DNA of 64,000 bases from an uncultured Granulosicoccaceae bacterium (GTDB lineage: Bacteria > Pseudomonadota > Gammaproteobacteria > CALCKW01), in the NCBI GenBank assembly GCA_937965695.1, contig CALCKW010000030.1:8951-72950 (forward strand). Direction: 5' to 3'. A program made the position numbers and the translations under genes. Positions 47,047 to 58,198 of the stretch are shown one piece after another. The number at the start of each line of letters is the position of its first letter. Position 1 is the first letter of the stretch. The notes under the pieces were generated by a model, which made no database searches, was not told where the DNA came from, and saw only the letters and a list, made by a program, of their open reading frames with translations.

Positions 47047-48570
47047 TCATTTTTTGGCTTTTTGTTTCTGTAACAGCAAGAGCACCATCCAGCACAACAC
47101 TAGAATAGCGAACATTGGCCTATTAGCTAAACGCACAAAAACAGTCTGCCCTTGGCGAGGTTGCACCATGGAGTCCAATACTGCCGCTTCAAATTGTGGC
47201 GCGCTGGCTTGCACTTTTCCATGCCTATCGATAGAAGAAGTGATCCCCGTGTTAGTGGCTCGGAGCAAATGACGATCTGTTTCAACAGCTCTTAGGCGCG
47301 CAATCTCTTGATGCTGTAAGGGCGCCCAAGAATTTCCAAACCATGCATCGTTACTGACATTAACCAAATAATGGGCTTTGGGCAGTTGCTTAATTACTTC
47401 TGTTCCGAAAGCATCGTCGTAACAAATTGACACGGCGGCAAATGTTGCACCCACGGGCAGCGGCTGAGGCACACCTTGACCTGCGCTGATATCCGACATT
47501 GGAATCGCAACCCATCGGCGTAGAAAATTCAAGAGCCAGCGAAATGGCATATATTCGCCAAAGGGCACTAGGTTTCGTTTGTGGTAATCCACTGGTTCGT
47601 CGAGCGTCGCGACACGCACCGTATTAAATGTTTCTTGTGTGAGGTCACGCCAGCTAAATCCGCCCATGAGCCAAGTGGTTTCCTGAGCAATCAACTTTTC
47701 TCTAAACGGCTGTAAGAAGCCTTGCGCTTGATCAAAATAAATAGGTACTGCCGTTTCAGGCCAGATGATTAAATCAAAGGTTTCGTCGCCTTGCAGCGAA
47801 AGATCAACATATTTTTGCAAAGACGGCACCAGGTGCTGTGATTCAAATTTTATACCTTGCTCGACATTGCCTTGAACCATCCTAGTGCGCAAAGCAGGGC
47901 CTACATTTTCACCCCACTCTTGGAAACTCGCCAGTATAGAAAGCCCAAAAATTGATCCACCAATCGCCACACCCGCGAAAATTGTAGAAGCACTCCGATG
48001 TAGGAACATAGCCGCTAACACCCCAGCAAGCAGTGATGCTGCGAACGTCATCAACAAAACTCCACCCCAAGGCGCCAAATGTTGAAGAGGAGTATCTAAG
48101 CCAGCATATCCAGCTTGCAGCCAAGGGAAACCTACAAAAAACCACTCGCGAAACCACTCAAGGCTGAACCATAAAAGAGGAAGAGCGAAAAGCTCGCGCG
48201 AAGGACCAGTCCATTTAAATAACAATCGTGCTTGCATCCAAGCAAAAAAACTTGGATAGAGTGCCATCACTGCAACAAATGCAGCTGCGCCCAACAATGC
48301 CAGTGGCGCTATCGCTTGACCGAATAAATGCAAGCTGTGGTAAATCCAGTTGACGCCGACACCAAACATGCCAACCCCGAACAACCAACCTCTTTTAGCC
48401 GCAACATTTGAATCGACCCCACGAAGGCAGCACCAAAAAACAGCAAGCGCTATGACGGAAAGCGGCCGAATAGATACAGGAGCAAAGGCTAAAGGGTAAA
48501 TTGCTCCGGCTAGCAATGCGCAAACATGCAGGGGCCAAACCGATCTAAATAGAAATCGCGAAGAGGTCAA
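47047..48570 (-). CDS. lnt: Apolipoprotein N-acyltransferase
   Basis: GFPW, QGN, WPETA, K..LVPFGEY, ICYD, SNDAWF, RATNTG. Confidence 0.95.
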   Translation of the reverse strand: MTSSRFLFRSVWPLHVCALLAGAIYPLAFAPVSIRPLSVIALAVFWCCLRGVDSNVAAKRGWLFGVGMFGVGVNWIYHSLHLFGQAIAPLALLGAAAFVAVMALYPSFFAWMQARLLFKWTGPSRELFALPLLWFSLEWFREWFFVGFPWLQAGYAGLDTPLQHLAPWGGVLLMTFAASLLAGVLAAMFLHRSASTIFAGVAIGGSIFGLSILASFQEWGENVGPALRTRMVQGNVEQGIKFESQHLVPSLQKYVDLSLQGDETFDLIIWPETAVPIYFDQAQGFLQPFREKLIAQETTWLMGGFSWRDLTQETFNTVRVATLDEPVDYHKRNLVPFGEYMPFRWLLNFLRRWVAIPMSDISAGQGVPQPLPVGATFAAVSICYDDAFGTEVIKQLPKAHYLVNVSNDAWFGNSWAPLQHQEIARLRAVETDRHLLRATNTGITSSIDRHGKVQASAPQFEAAVLDSMVQPRQGQTVFVRLANRPMFAILVLCWMVLLLLQKQKAKK

Positions 48571-49418
48571 AGGCTTTTTACAAGTTCGGCAGGAGCCATC
48601 TGCAAGAGATGAATTCGACGCTTATCACCGGCTAATACGGTGACCAAATAGTCGCCCAGGTTCACTGACTCACCAGGACTAGGCAAGTAACCAAAAGCAT
48701 TAATAACCAACCCACCAACCGTGTCAAATTCGTCATCAGAAAACTCTAGATCAAGTAATTCATTGAGTTCTTCGATGGGAGTCAACGCACGAACAGAAAA
48801 CCGCCCGTCTTCATGCGGCCTGATATTGGCCACTTCTTCAGAGTCATGCTCATCATCTATGTCGCCGACAATGCGCTCGAGCACATCTTCGATGGTTACC
48901 ACCCCGGCAACACCGCCGTATTCATCAATGACAATCGCCATGTGCGTACGTCGATTACGAAAGTCACGGAGTAAAACGTTTAAACGCTTACTCTCTGGCG
49001 TGAGCTCCGCTTTACGCATATGGTCTTGGATTCTGAAATTTTCCGCATCGGCACCTAGTGCAAGACGCAGGAGGTCTTTCGCGAGAATAACCCCGAGTAC
49101 TTCATCTCTGCTTTCCCCAACAACAGGGAATCGAGAGTGACCGCTTTGAATGATCACGTCGAGAATTTCTTCTAACGGCGCGTCGACTTCAACACACACC
49201 ATTTGTGCGCGAGGTATCATGATGTCACGAACTTGCATGTCCGCCACCTCGAAAACACCGTTGATCATCGAAAGAGAATCTGTATCTATCAACGAGCGTT
49301 CGTGTGATGCTTCTAGGATTTCTTGCAAATCACCGCGATCACGCGGCTCGCCTCCAAATGCATGGGCGATGCGTTCCACAAAGGAACGCTGACTACTGTC
49401 AGGGTTATCGTCAGCCAT
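48567..49418 (-). CDS. corC: CBS/CorC_HlyC magnesium/cobalt protein (YbeX)
   Basis: VRDIMIPR, GHSRFPV, IDEYGGVAG.VTIEDVLE.IVG, FDTVGG. Confidence 0.93.
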   Translation of the reverse strand: MADDNPDSSQRSFVERIAHAFGGEPRDRGDLQEILEASHERSLIDTDSLSMINGVFEVADMQVRDIMIPRAQMVCVEVDAPLEEILDVIIQSGHSRFPVVGESRDEVLGVILAKDLLRLALGADAENFRIQDHMRKAELTPESKRLNVLLRDFRNRRTHMAIVIDEYGGVAGVVTIEDVLERIVGDIDDEHDSEEVANIRPHEDGRFSVRALTPIEELNELLDLEFSDDEFDTVGGLVINAFGYLPSPGESVNLGDYLVTVLAGDKRRIHLLQMAPAELVKSL

Positions 49419-49920
49419 GGCTGCTCGTGTTATCTCCAGGACAATCTATGTAAGGGCAGTCTATGCCCAGTAAGGCTAGCAACTGTGTTTCCAATTGCTC
49501 CATTTTTTTGGCTTCTTCGCTTTCTATATGGTCAAACCCGCGCAGATGTAGTACTCCATGAATCACCATATGCGCAAAGTGTTCATTTCTGGCTTTGTCT
49601 TGTGCTATCGCCTCATCGATCACAACGGGTACACAGATGACAATATCACCCAAGAACCCATCCGCAAACTCTGGCGGGATACCAGACTCAAACGACAACA
49701 CATTGGTTGCTGATTCTTTTTGGCGAAACTGGTGGTTTAATTCTGTAATTTCATGGCGATCAACAAATCGAACGGTGCAATAGATACCATCAGACTGCAA
49801 CGCTCGCGCAGCCCAATCAGCGACCAATTCAGCGCTTGGTGAAAGCTGTTTGAGCGAGTCATCAGCAAATTGCACGTCAATTGCCATTGACCGCTGATCA
49901 AAATTACCAGCGTCTAGCAT
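49411..49920 (-). CDS. ybeY: Endoribonuclease YbeY
   Basis: TNVLSF, LGDIVIC, HMVIHGVLHLRGFDH. Confidence 0.95.
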   Translation of the reverse strand: MLDAGNFDQRSMAIDVQFADDSLKQLSPSAELVADWAARALQSDGIYCTVRFVDRHEITELNHQFRQKESATNVLSFESGIPPEFADGFLGDIVICVPVVIDEAIAQDKARNEHFAHMVIHGVLHLRGFDHIESEEAKKMEQLETQLLALLGIDCPYIDCPGDNTSSHG

Positions 49921-50885
49921 TACTTTCGCTCTGGCTCGCGGCTCTCTTCAAATTCGTAAGCCCGCACAATACGCTTCACCAGAGGATGACGCACAACATC
50001 TCGAGCGCCAAATTTCACAAATCCAATACCTTCTACATCGCCGAGTAAGTCACGTGCGTGACTAAGACCTGACTGGCTTTTGTTTGGTAGGTCTATTTGA
50101 GATGTATCCCCGGTAACGATCGCTTTACTGCCGAAACCAATACGCGTTAGAAACATTTTCATCTGTTCGCGGGTGGTGTTTTGCGCCTCATCCATAATGA
50201 TGCAAGAGTGATTGAGTGTTCGACCTCGCATAAATGCCAAAGGAGCTACTTCTATGACACTGCGATCTATCAGCTTTGCAACGCGCTCGAAGCCCATGAA
50301 TTCATAGAGCGCATCGTAAATGGGTCGCAGGTACGGATCAATTTTCTGGGTTAAATCACCGGGCAAAAAACCCAATCTTTCGCCTGCCTCTACAGCTGGT
50401 CGAACCAGCACTAAGCGGCGCACCTGATCCTTTTCCAGCAATTCTACGGCAGCAGCTACGGCAAGATAAGTCTTTCCAGTGCCAGCCGGCCCTTCCCCAA
50501 AGGTTAAGTCATTTGCACGAATCGCACGTAGATAATCGCTTTGATTGTCTCCACGTGCACGCAACTTCATACGACGCAATGAGATTTGAACAGATAAGTC
50601 ATCAGCAGATGACTCGCCCTGCCCAGCATTGCTCAAATGCAAGTGCACGACCTCATCACTTAAAGCTTGCTCAGCCGCTAAAGCATATAGCTCATGCAGC
50701 ACGGCTTCAGCTTGCTCTACTGCATCTGCCTCCCCTTGCACAGCAAACAACTCACCTCGGTTGCTAATTTCTACAAGCAATCTAGATTCTATTTGTTTTA
50801 GATTGGCATTCAGCTGACCACAGAGTTCTGCCAGTTGATCATTGTCGACAGGATCGAGGCTAAACTCTCGACGTATAACCTCCAT
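49920..50885 (-). CDS. phoH: PhoH-family ATPase (YbeZ)
   Basis: GPAGTGKTYLA, RPAVEAGE.LGFLPG, PLAFMRGRTL, DEAQN; ATG 50885 avoids overlap with miaB. Confidence 0.93.
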   Translation of the reverse strand: MEVIRREFSLDPVDNDQLAELCGQLNANLKQIESRLLVEISNRGELFAVQGEADAVEQAEAVLHELYALAAEQALSDEVVHLHLSNAGQGESSADDLSVQISLRRMKLRARGDNQSDYLRAIRANDLTFGEGPAGTGKTYLAVAAAVELLEKDQVRRLVLVRPAVEAGERLGFLPGDLTQKIDPYLRPIYDALYEFMGFERVAKLIDRSVIEVAPLAFMRGRTLNHSCIIMDEAQNTTREQMKMFLTRIGFGSKAIVTGDTSQIDLPNKSQSGLSHARDLLGDVEGIGFVKFGARDVVRHPLVKRIVRAYEFEESREPERK

Positions 50886-50907
50886 TGGCAGGTCTTCGGA
50901 TAAAACT

Positions 50908-52269
50908 TCAGTCAAGTTTAATAGCCTCGGCTTTGGGGTCATTGATGCTCACCAACTCACCACGCAGCGAGTTTGGTCGTGCATCTGTAATGCGTACATC
51001 GACAAAGTAACCGATCAAACGTTCGCTGCCCGCAAAATTGACTACGCGATTATTTTCAGTGCGGCCTGCAATCTCACCCTCTCCACGTCGTGCAGCACGT
51101 TCAACCAGAATGCGCTGACGCGTACCTACCATGGCTTCACTGATGGCTGCCGCTTGCGTCGTAATTAATGCCTGAAGCTTAGCGAGTCGCTCTTTCTTCT
51201 CTGACATAGGAGTGTCGTCTTCAAGCGATGCAGCAGGAGTCCCAGGGCGGGAACTAAATATAAAGCTAAACGAATGATCAAAACCGATCTCTTCGATCAG
51301 TTTCATTGTGTCGTTAAAGTCTTTATCCGTCTCACCGGGGAATCCGATAATGAAATCCGAGGAGAGGCAAATATCCGGTCGTACTTCACGTAACTTACGA
51401 ATACGGCTTTTGTATTCGATTCTGGTATGGCCACGCTTCATCGCGGCCAAGATCCGATCTGCTCCACTCTGCACAGGTAAGTGAACAAAGCTAACAAGCT
51501 CTGGAACGTCACCATATGCTTCAATCAAACTGTCAGAGAATTCGACGGGGTGCGATGTGGTGTAACGAATGCGTTCGATACCGTCAACCGCAGCAACAAA
51601 ATGGATGAGGTGTGCTAGATCAGCAATCTCACCATCGTCCATCTCTCCGCGGTAAGCATTGACGTTTTGGCCAAGCAGATTGACTTCTCGAACGCCTTGA
51701 TCAGCCAGAGACGCGACTTCAGCGATAACATCATCGAAGGGGCGGCTGATTTCTTCGCCTCGGGTGTAAGGCACAACACAAAACGAACAGTACTTAGAAC
51801 AACCTTCCATAATGGAGACAAACGCCGTTGGCCCTTCCGCACGCGGCTCCGGCAGTCGATCAAATTTTTCTATCTCGGGGAAAGAGATATCCACAACCGA
51901 CCCACGTTTTGACTGCGCTTCTGCAAGCAAACTCGGCAAACGGTGCAAAGTTTGAGGGCCGAAAACCACATCAACCTGTGGAGCCCGTTGTTGGATAGCG
52001 ACACCTTCTTGGCTGGCCACACAACCGCCAACACCAATGACCAAATTAGGATTTTTCTCTTTATGCTTTGACCAACGACCCAATTCGGAGAACACCTTCT
52101 CCTGTGCTTTCTCTCTGATAGAACAGGTGTTCAGCAGCATAATATCCGCCTCTTCAGGCTGATCGGTCAGCTCCACACCTTCGGAATCATTGAGAACGTC
52201 CAGCATCTTGGCCGAATCGTATTCATTCATCTGGCAGCCGTGTGTTTTGATGTATAGCTTGCGGGTCAT
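50908..52269 (-). CDS. miaB: tRNA methylthiotransferase MiaB
   Basis: [35 protein letters not shown]-terminal TRAM domain. Confidence 0.98.
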   Translation of the reverse strand: MTRKLYIKTHGCQMNEYDSAKMLDVLNDSEGVELTDQPEEADIMLLNTCSIREKAQEKVFSELGRWSKHKEKNPNLVIGVGGCVASQEGVAIQQRAPQVDVVFGPQTLHRLPSLLAEAQSKRGSVVDISFPEIEKFDRLPEPRAEGPTAFVSIMEGCSKYCSFCVVPYTRGEEISRPFDDVIAEVASLADQGVREVNLLGQNVNAYRGEMDDGEIADLAHLIHFVAAVDGIERIRYTTSHPVEFSDSLIEAYGDVPELVSFVHLPVQSGADRILAAMKRGHTRIEYKSRIRKLREVRPDICLSSDFIIGFPGETDKDFNDTMKLIEEIGFDHSFSFIFSSRPGTPAASLEDDTPMSEKKERLAKLQALITTQAAAISEAMVGTRQRILVERAARRGEGEIAGRTENNRVVNFAGSERLIGYFVDVRITDARPNSLRGELVSINDPKAEAIKLD

Positions 52270-52550
52270 CTAGGGAAACTCAGTTCGATTAAGGTCATGC
52301 AACAAGATCAGTCACCCTTTATTTAACTAAAGTCTAATATCGCCTGTACTGGAGACTCCATGCCTCGGAGCAATCAACTCAATAGACAGAAAAAGGATGT
52401 ATTGGCTACAAATCTAGACGGATTAAGTCAGGGTGAGAAGCCACAAATCTATTCGAATAACCGACGAAGGATACCTGCTCAAGCGCTCATAGTCATGGAG
52501 TTACGGAGCTATTTTCCCGAAAATATGGAAGATATCCGAGATTTCTGGCC

Positions 52551-53915
52551 TTAACCCGCGTTTTTATGGATTAAACCACGAGTTATGGTGAGGAGAATGA
52601 TCTTGAAATCAAACAACAGTGACCAGTGCTGAATGTAATAGAGGTCATGTTCAATGCGCTTGTTAAGGTCTGTATCACCGCGCCAACCATTGATCTGAGC
52701 CCAGCCGGTTATACCCGCTTTAACGCGATGCTTCTGCATATAGCCTGGAATTTCTTCCTTAAACTGCTTCACGAAAACAGGCCGTTCAGGCCGTGGACCG
52801 ACAATAGACATATCGCCAAAAAGCACATTAAAGAGCTGCGGGAGCTCGTCTAAGCTAGTGCTTCGCAGAAAATGCCCGAAAGGCGTCGCTCGCACTTCAC
52901 CTTTTTTATTCCATACGGGGCCGGAGCTACTTTCTGCATCAACTGGCATGGAACGAAATTTGAACATTCGAATTGGCGTACTGCCGACTCCAAGGCGCTC
53001 TTGCCGATAGAGTATTGGTCCAGGAGAGCTGACTTTGACGCCAACCGCGATGATAATCATCAATGGCGCTAAAATCAGTAAAAACAGCAGTGCCAGAACC
53101 CGATCTTCCACCTCTTTTAAAAAGCGGTTAAAGCCGTCTATTGGAGCTTCCGACAAGTTAAGAACCGGCATACCAGCGATGAATGATACTGATCTACCCA
53201 GTAGAACCATTCCGGCGGTGTCAGGCACATAGCGAACGTCTACAACGTAGCGACCAAGCCGTTCTGCATATTTTCTAAGGTGGTACTCGGAACGCAGAGG
53301 CACTGTTAGCCAAACCTGATCGACGTGGTTACGATCGAGAAATGCTTGAACATCGGGCCAAACATCTTGAACCTTGCCTTCGAACACCCTCAGCACCTCA
53401 AAACCCGCCCATTGCGCTTCTTCGAGCGACAGCTTAACGGGATCAACCATACCAGGTTCACCCACCACAATGACAAACCGACGGTTAAAGCCTGAACTGC
53501 GCAGTGAACGCAGTAAAGCCCGGCCTGCTATGCGATAAAAACACAGGGCTGAAAAACTAAAAAACCACCAGAGAAGGAACCAATTGCGATCAAAATGACC
53601 ATTGCCTTCACTCAAGGCATTGACAAGAGCCATACTGACGAAAACAGCAGACACTGCAAAGAACACCAATCGCAACTCGAGCAGCAAAGATTCGCCTCGT
53701 CGGGTTCGATAAAAGGCAGAAGCAGGAAAATAGGCCGCAGCAAGCAGGACTCCTACGCTTAGAGCCTCCCAATGCATGGAGCTGACATTTCTACTAACAA
53801 GTCCAAGCACAAGGCCAGACGCGAAAAAAGCTACAATGACGGCCAGCAAATCCACTAGCCACGTGAAAGCTATGACACTGCGTGAATGTTCTCGTAAAAA
53901 ACCTTCTTTCAACAC
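52551..53915 (-). CDS. wcaJ: Undecaprenyl-phosphate glucose phosphotransferase (WcaJ-like priming transferase)
   Basis: 4+1 TM, KFRSM, SLDELPQLFNVL.GDMS.VGPRPE, GITGWAQING.RG, DLYYI. Confidence 0.9.
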   Translation of the reverse strand: MLKEGFLREHSRSVIAFTWLVDLLAVIVAFFASGLVLGLVSRNVSSMHWEALSVGVLLAAAYFPASAFYRTRRGESLLLELRLVFFAVSAVFVSMALVNALSEGNGHFDRNWFLLWWFFSFSALCFYRIAGRALLRSLRSSGFNRRFVIVVGEPGMVDPVKLSLEEAQWAGFEVLRVFEGKVQDVWPDVQAFLDRNHVDQVWLTVPLRSEYHLRKYAERLGRYVVDVRYVPDTAGMVLLGRSVSFIAGMPVLNLSEAPIDGFNRFLKEVEDRVLALLFLLILAPLMIIIAVGVKVSSPGPILYRQERLGVGSTPIRMFKFRSMPVDAESSSGPVWNKKGEVRATPFGHFLRSTSLDELPQLFNVLFGDMSIVGPRPERPVFVKQFKEEIPGYMQKHRVKAGITGWAQINGWRGDTDLNKRIEHDLYYIQHWSLLFDFKIILLTITRGLIHKNAG

Positions 53916-54103
53916 TTGCTCCGTAGAACGACCATTTCAACCAGTTCCCATATCGGTATCATGGAAGTATAGAAGCAAAAAACACACCTGATAATACAAA
54001 AGTGTACACGGCGCATTTAGAAGCCTGCTCCCATTCAAAAAACGCAAATTCTCCGAATCAGAGGACTCAAGTTTCGATAAGCATCGCTCTACTGCCTAAA
54101 TCT

Positions 54104-55327
54104 CTACTTGTCCAGCTCTTCGAATATCCAAGAACTCAGCGTTTTAAGCTTGACCTTCCAATCCATTTTTTGTCGGAGTTGTTCTACAACTGTCGCAAAA
54201 TGGTCAGCGTCTAAATGCTTGCGCCAGCTTAATAAAGGCTCCAAAGCAAACACTTCGCACGTATTAGGCACCAGATAACACAACCGCGAGTCACCGCCGA
54301 CATCAACATCAGGCGCGGCACTTATCCAAGGTATGCCTGCTTCTAGGTACAGCCTAACTTTGAGCGTTGAGCTCTCACTCATTGCTAACTTATAAGTAGA
54401 TAAACTATCGATAGCCAAATGGCAACGCGACAATAACTGTAAAAGCTCGGCTTGCTCCAACTCGCCAACCCTAATAATCTGAACCTTTGAGCAAGAGTCT
54501 GTTGCAATTCGTACGTCTTCCACTTGTGTGCTATTCAAATGCCCAACTAAAAACACCTCAATATTACTTTCGCCGTCATAGTTTAGTAACGATGCGAGCA
54601 AGCGAGGCAGTCCGTGCCAAGGTCTAAAGCGATCGGCAACAAAAACAAAACGAAACACGCTTTCTATCGAATTGAGCTTTATCGGCCTGCTTGAAAACTT
54701 AGCGCCATTAGGTAAAACCAACAGTGGCATATTTAAAGGCAAACGAGCACGTTTCTGTTGATGCTCCAAAAATTCATTAGTCACGGCTACTATTCCGGAT
54801 GCATTTCGCAGTCCACGAGGTGCGAGAAAAATTTCGAAAAGATAAGTGATCAACTTTACCAATGACGGCATTCCACTTCGCCATACCTCTTGCAACTCTT
54901 TTGTGTGGTGTTCGAAAAATACTTTTCCCTGATGTTTTCTCATGAAACTCAACATACTCGGATCTGCAAAGCTGTACCTCAGAACCAACGCGTAATATTC
55001 ATTAGTGGGTACAAGACATGAAATATAGCGGTACTTAAGCCCACGTATTTTGAGCCCGGCAAAACGCCCGATAGAGGTATCGATTTTCACAAAAATCAGA
55101 TTGCCTTCCCTACCACTTTTTTCTCGGTTAAGAAGATAAAAGTCGATGGACAAGCCTGCAGAATTTGCTGCTTCTGCCATTTCAGTCAGCTTACGAACAA
55201 CTCCTGACATTCGCCCCTTTGAGAAAATAATACTTATATGTGCGATATTTTTGGAATTTATCGATTCTAAATTTCGGCCGGCCAAATGATTAGGTTTAAG
55301 CCTCATTAGAGCAATTCCAGCAATCAC
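54104..55327 (-). CDS. Glycosyltransferase, GT-B (GT4-like)
   Basis: SGVVRK, FEHH, LPNG, PWHG, SSTLKVRLYLEAGIP; start uncertain. Confidence 0.68.
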   Translation of the reverse strand: MIAGIALMRLKPNHLAGRNLESINSKNIAHISIIFSKGRMSGVVRKLTEMAEAANSAGLSIDFYLLNREKSGREGNLIFVKIDTSIGRFAGLKIRGLKYRYISCLVPTNEYYALVLRYSFADPSMLSFMRKHQGKVFFEHHTKELQEVWRSGMPSLVKLITYLFEIFLAPRGLRNASGIVAVTNEFLEHQQKRARLPLNMPLLVLPNGAKFSSRPIKLNSIESVFRFVFVADRFRPWHGLPRLLASLLNYDGESNIEVFLVGHLNSTQVEDVRIATDSCSKVQIIRVGELEQAELLQLLSRCHLAIDSLSTYKLAMSESSTLKVRLYLEAGIPWISAAPDVDVGGDSRLCYLVPNTCEVFALEPLLSWRKHLDADHFATVVEQLRQKMDWKVKLKTLSSWIFEELDK

Positions 55328-55644
55328 TAAGAGTTTGCAATATTTTCATGGCCCTGACATTCCAAGCTCTCTCGATTAAGAAATCCATGAGTAATTTTGT
55401 AAGTAGAAAAGCAGCCTTGTCCATTGAGAGCATAGCCACGCTTACAACGCCTTCTTCGTTTCCTGCTGCATTCATCGTAGAGCGCTACCCAACATATTTA
55501 ATACCTACTTCAACCATTCACTTGCTTAGCCGTGTAGGGCAATCATAGTACGCTTGTCGCTTAGCAAACGTACTCCGGTGCCAATTAGCCCTTTAAAGCA
55601 CTTAGTTGCCGCTGTAGTATCAGATCTTTTATACGAACGGCAAG

Positions 55645-56811
55645 ATGATGAGAAGTATTAAGGATCGCATTAAAAATCGCTTGAAGTCTGAGCTCGTAGA
55701 TATTACTCATGCGCTCTCTGACACGAGTGCTGATTGCTTTTTATTTTTACCCATAAACGGAGCCGGCTTAGGACACTTAACGAGGCTATTAGCCATTGCG
55801 GACGAATTAAAAATCCAGTATCCGAAAGCTAGGATCGTCTTTTTCACTACTAGTATCGGCGTACATTTAATTCACCAAGCGGGTTATGAGGCTCATCATA
55901 TTTCACCAATGGCTTTATGCGAGAAAAACATAAGTTTCAGAAGGTGGGAAAAGTTATTTCGAGACCAATTAGAGCTAATCCTAAAGCACGTGCCTGCTTC
56001 AACTTTGGTCTTTGATGGCTCAACGCCGTACCCAAGCCTTTTGAAGGTTATATCTGAACACAAGTCGCTCAAGTCAGTTTGGGTTAAAAGGGGCCTCAAC
56101 AAAGGCTACCAAAGCAATAGGAGAACTGAACAGGAAATTGCTGCGTTTGACCATTGCATAGTACCAGGAGAACTATGTATGCCAGTAACACAAGGCTTGC
56201 CAAGTATTACTGAGACTGACCCGATAGTATACAAAGTCGAACGGGAAGCACTAAGCCGGATAGATGCAATTAATAAACTCGGGCTTAGCTCCTGCGAAAC
56301 GAATATATATATCCAGCTTGGGGCTGGAAACATAAATGATATAGGCCAATTAGAAAAAAAAATAATCGAAATATGCCGTGAACGAAAAAATACACGAATC
56401 ACTATTGGTGATTCACCTATATCAATGAATAAAGAATACAATACGACAGACATAAAAAGGCTGACCTATTATCCAAACTCAGTCTTCTTTAGTGCTTTCG
56501 ATATTCTATTTTTGGCAGCAGGATATAATTCTGCTCACGAAGCAGCATACCTTTCCAGGCCAACAGTATTCTTTCCCAATGAAAGTACGGGATCTGACAA
56601 TCAAACTGCTAGAGCAGAGAACATCAGTTCCTATTCACCCGCTGTCGTTGTCAAAAAAATCGAGGATAGCCGCGAAGATATACTGAAATTCTTGGCCGAG
56701 CACAGTAAGGTTGATGAAAACAAAAAAGCAAGAAAGCAATTATTCACCAACGGTGCTCGCCAAGCTGCGACTACAATAATGCAAGTACATAGTGGCGAGA
56801 AAATTCCTTGA
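55645..56811 (+). CDS. GT-B fold glycosyltransferase (GT28/SpsG-like)
   Basis: NGAGLGHLTR, LVFDG, QLGAG, AAGYNSAHE, DNQTARA. Confidence 0.72.
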   Translation: MMRSIKDRIKNRLKSELVDITHALSDTSADCFLFLPINGAGLGHLTRLLAIADELKIQYPKARIVFFTTSIGVHLIHQAGYEAHHISPMALCEKNISFRRWEKLFRDQLELILKHVPASTLVFDGSTPYPSLLKVISEHKSLKSVWVKRGLNKGYQSNRRTEQEIAAFDHCIVPGELCMPVTQGLPSITETDPIVYKVEREALSRIDAINKLGLSSCETNIYIQLGAGNINDIGQLEKKIIEICRERKNTRITIGDSPISMNKEYNTTDIKRLTYYPNSVFFSAFDILFLAAGYNSAHEAAYLSRPTVFFPNESTGSDNQTARAENISSYSPAVVVKKIEDSREDILKFLAEHSKVDENKKARKQLFTNGARQAATTIMQVHSGEKIP

Positions 56812-57081
56812 ACTATAGCTGCATGCCTGACCTAGAACTGAAGCTCTCATTCCTGAGGCAAATGAAATAGTTTTTTCTGCAGCGTAAAATTACATTTAGC
56901 AGGAGTGTAATCTGACGCAATGCGCTTGTGAAGTTCTTGAGATTTCTTAGCGAATATTCCCCCATTTTCAGGTATGCACGTGTTTATATTCACTCCGTAA
57001 TTGGGATTGTTCGTTAACCCTAAAAGAATTTCAGAGTTTCACAAACCCATTCACTGCAGATGTTATTATTGTAACCAAACC

Positions 57082-58188
57082 CTAACTGGCACTAGAATAT
57101 TCCTCCAAGTACTTTCGATACATTACTCCAGCACTGTAGTCGCTCTCGATTAAGCTGTGTGCTCTACGTGTTATCGCATCGCTATTAAAAGAACTTTTCG
57201 AAATTTCTTCCATTAGAAAAATCAATTGACTAGAGCTTTGATAAAGGTAGCCATTCAAATCATTCTCTACCAGATCTCTGTTGCCAGGGCTATCTCGGGC
57301 TACCACCAATACACGACGAGCGAATGCTTCTAAAATAGATAGTGGCATGCCCTCTCTTAAACTCGGATGAAGCAGCACATCCGCCAAGGCCAAACGTTGC
57401 AATGCATGATCATGTGATAACCAGCCCGTAACCTCTATACCTTCGACCGTTAACTTTTCTTCTTGCTGAGCATCCCCGCCACCTATAACGGTCACGCGAT
57501 ACCTTTCGTAGTTTGATCGTTTTAAAAGAACCAAGTCTTTATAGTTCTTTTCATTACTTATTCGCCCAAGCGCCACAACCTGAAGAGGTGAATTGTCAGG
57601 TTTAATTTCAGACTTTAAATTTCCATTCGCCACCTCGATACCATTTGGTATCAATACCACTTTAGCTTTGCCCAAAGATTGAACAAGAATGTCATATTCA
57701 CTTCGAGAACACGCGACGTTGGTGGCTTTAGAAAACCAAGTAAAAATTCGCTCTAACTGACAGGCAAGTATCAACTTTATCGAAGCTTTTTCTGTGTGCA
57801 TGAAAACACAACCATGAGGCGTATAAACAATATGAGGTTTTCTAAAAAATGCGACTCTACCGATAGCACCGGCAATTGAGCTGTGTAGATGTGTATAGCG
57901 CCATCGTCTATTTTTGCGAAATTTCAGCATTTCAAATAATGCAGATACAAAAGATACGGCGTTTCGTTGACTAAAGCCTTGAATTTCAAAAAGCTCAACC
58001 CGGGGGTCAAATCCTTCATTGACAGGACATGGTGTGCCTTCAATGACTCCATGCAAAACGGCCACAGACAGGCCACTAGAAATTTGTTCATTAGCAAGAA
58101 GCCGCACAATTTCGCGACTTCCCGCAGAAAAGCTTTCGATAACATGGAGGATATCGAATTCGAAGTTGTTAACTTCTTCGCTTTTCAC
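57082..58188 (-). CDS. Glycosyltransferase family 4
   Basis: HLHSSIAG, YTPHG, IPNGI, GRISNEK, PSLREGMPLSILEA, NG. Confidence 0.88.
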   Translation of the reverse strand: MKSEEVNNFEFDILHVIESFSAGSREIVRLLANEQISSGLSVAVLHGVIEGTPCPVNEGFDPRVELFEIQGFSQRNAVSFVSALFEMLKFRKNRRWRYTHLHSSIAGAIGRVAFFRKPHIVYTPHGCVFMHTEKASIKLILACQLERIFTWFSKATNVACSRSEYDILVQSLGKAKVVLIPNGIEVANGNLKSEIKPDNSPLQVVALGRISNEKNYKDLVLLKRSNYERYRVTVIGGGDAQQEEKLTVEGIEVTGWLSHDHALQRLALADVLLHPSLREGMPLSILEAFARRVLVVARDSPGNRDLVENDLNGYLYQSSSQLIFLMEEISKSSFNSDAITRRAHSLIESDYSAGVMYRKYLEEYSSAS

Positions 58189-58198
58189 CGTCTAAAAA

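Noticed and set aside
52270-52550. tRNA or integration site beside miaB at the islet edge
   Set aside because: No cloverleaf, T-loop motif or flanking direct repeat seen
55296-55548. Small ORFs (about 59 aa minus, 66 aa plus) between the divergent GT genes
   Set aside because: No motifs; they overlap each other in a likely promoter region
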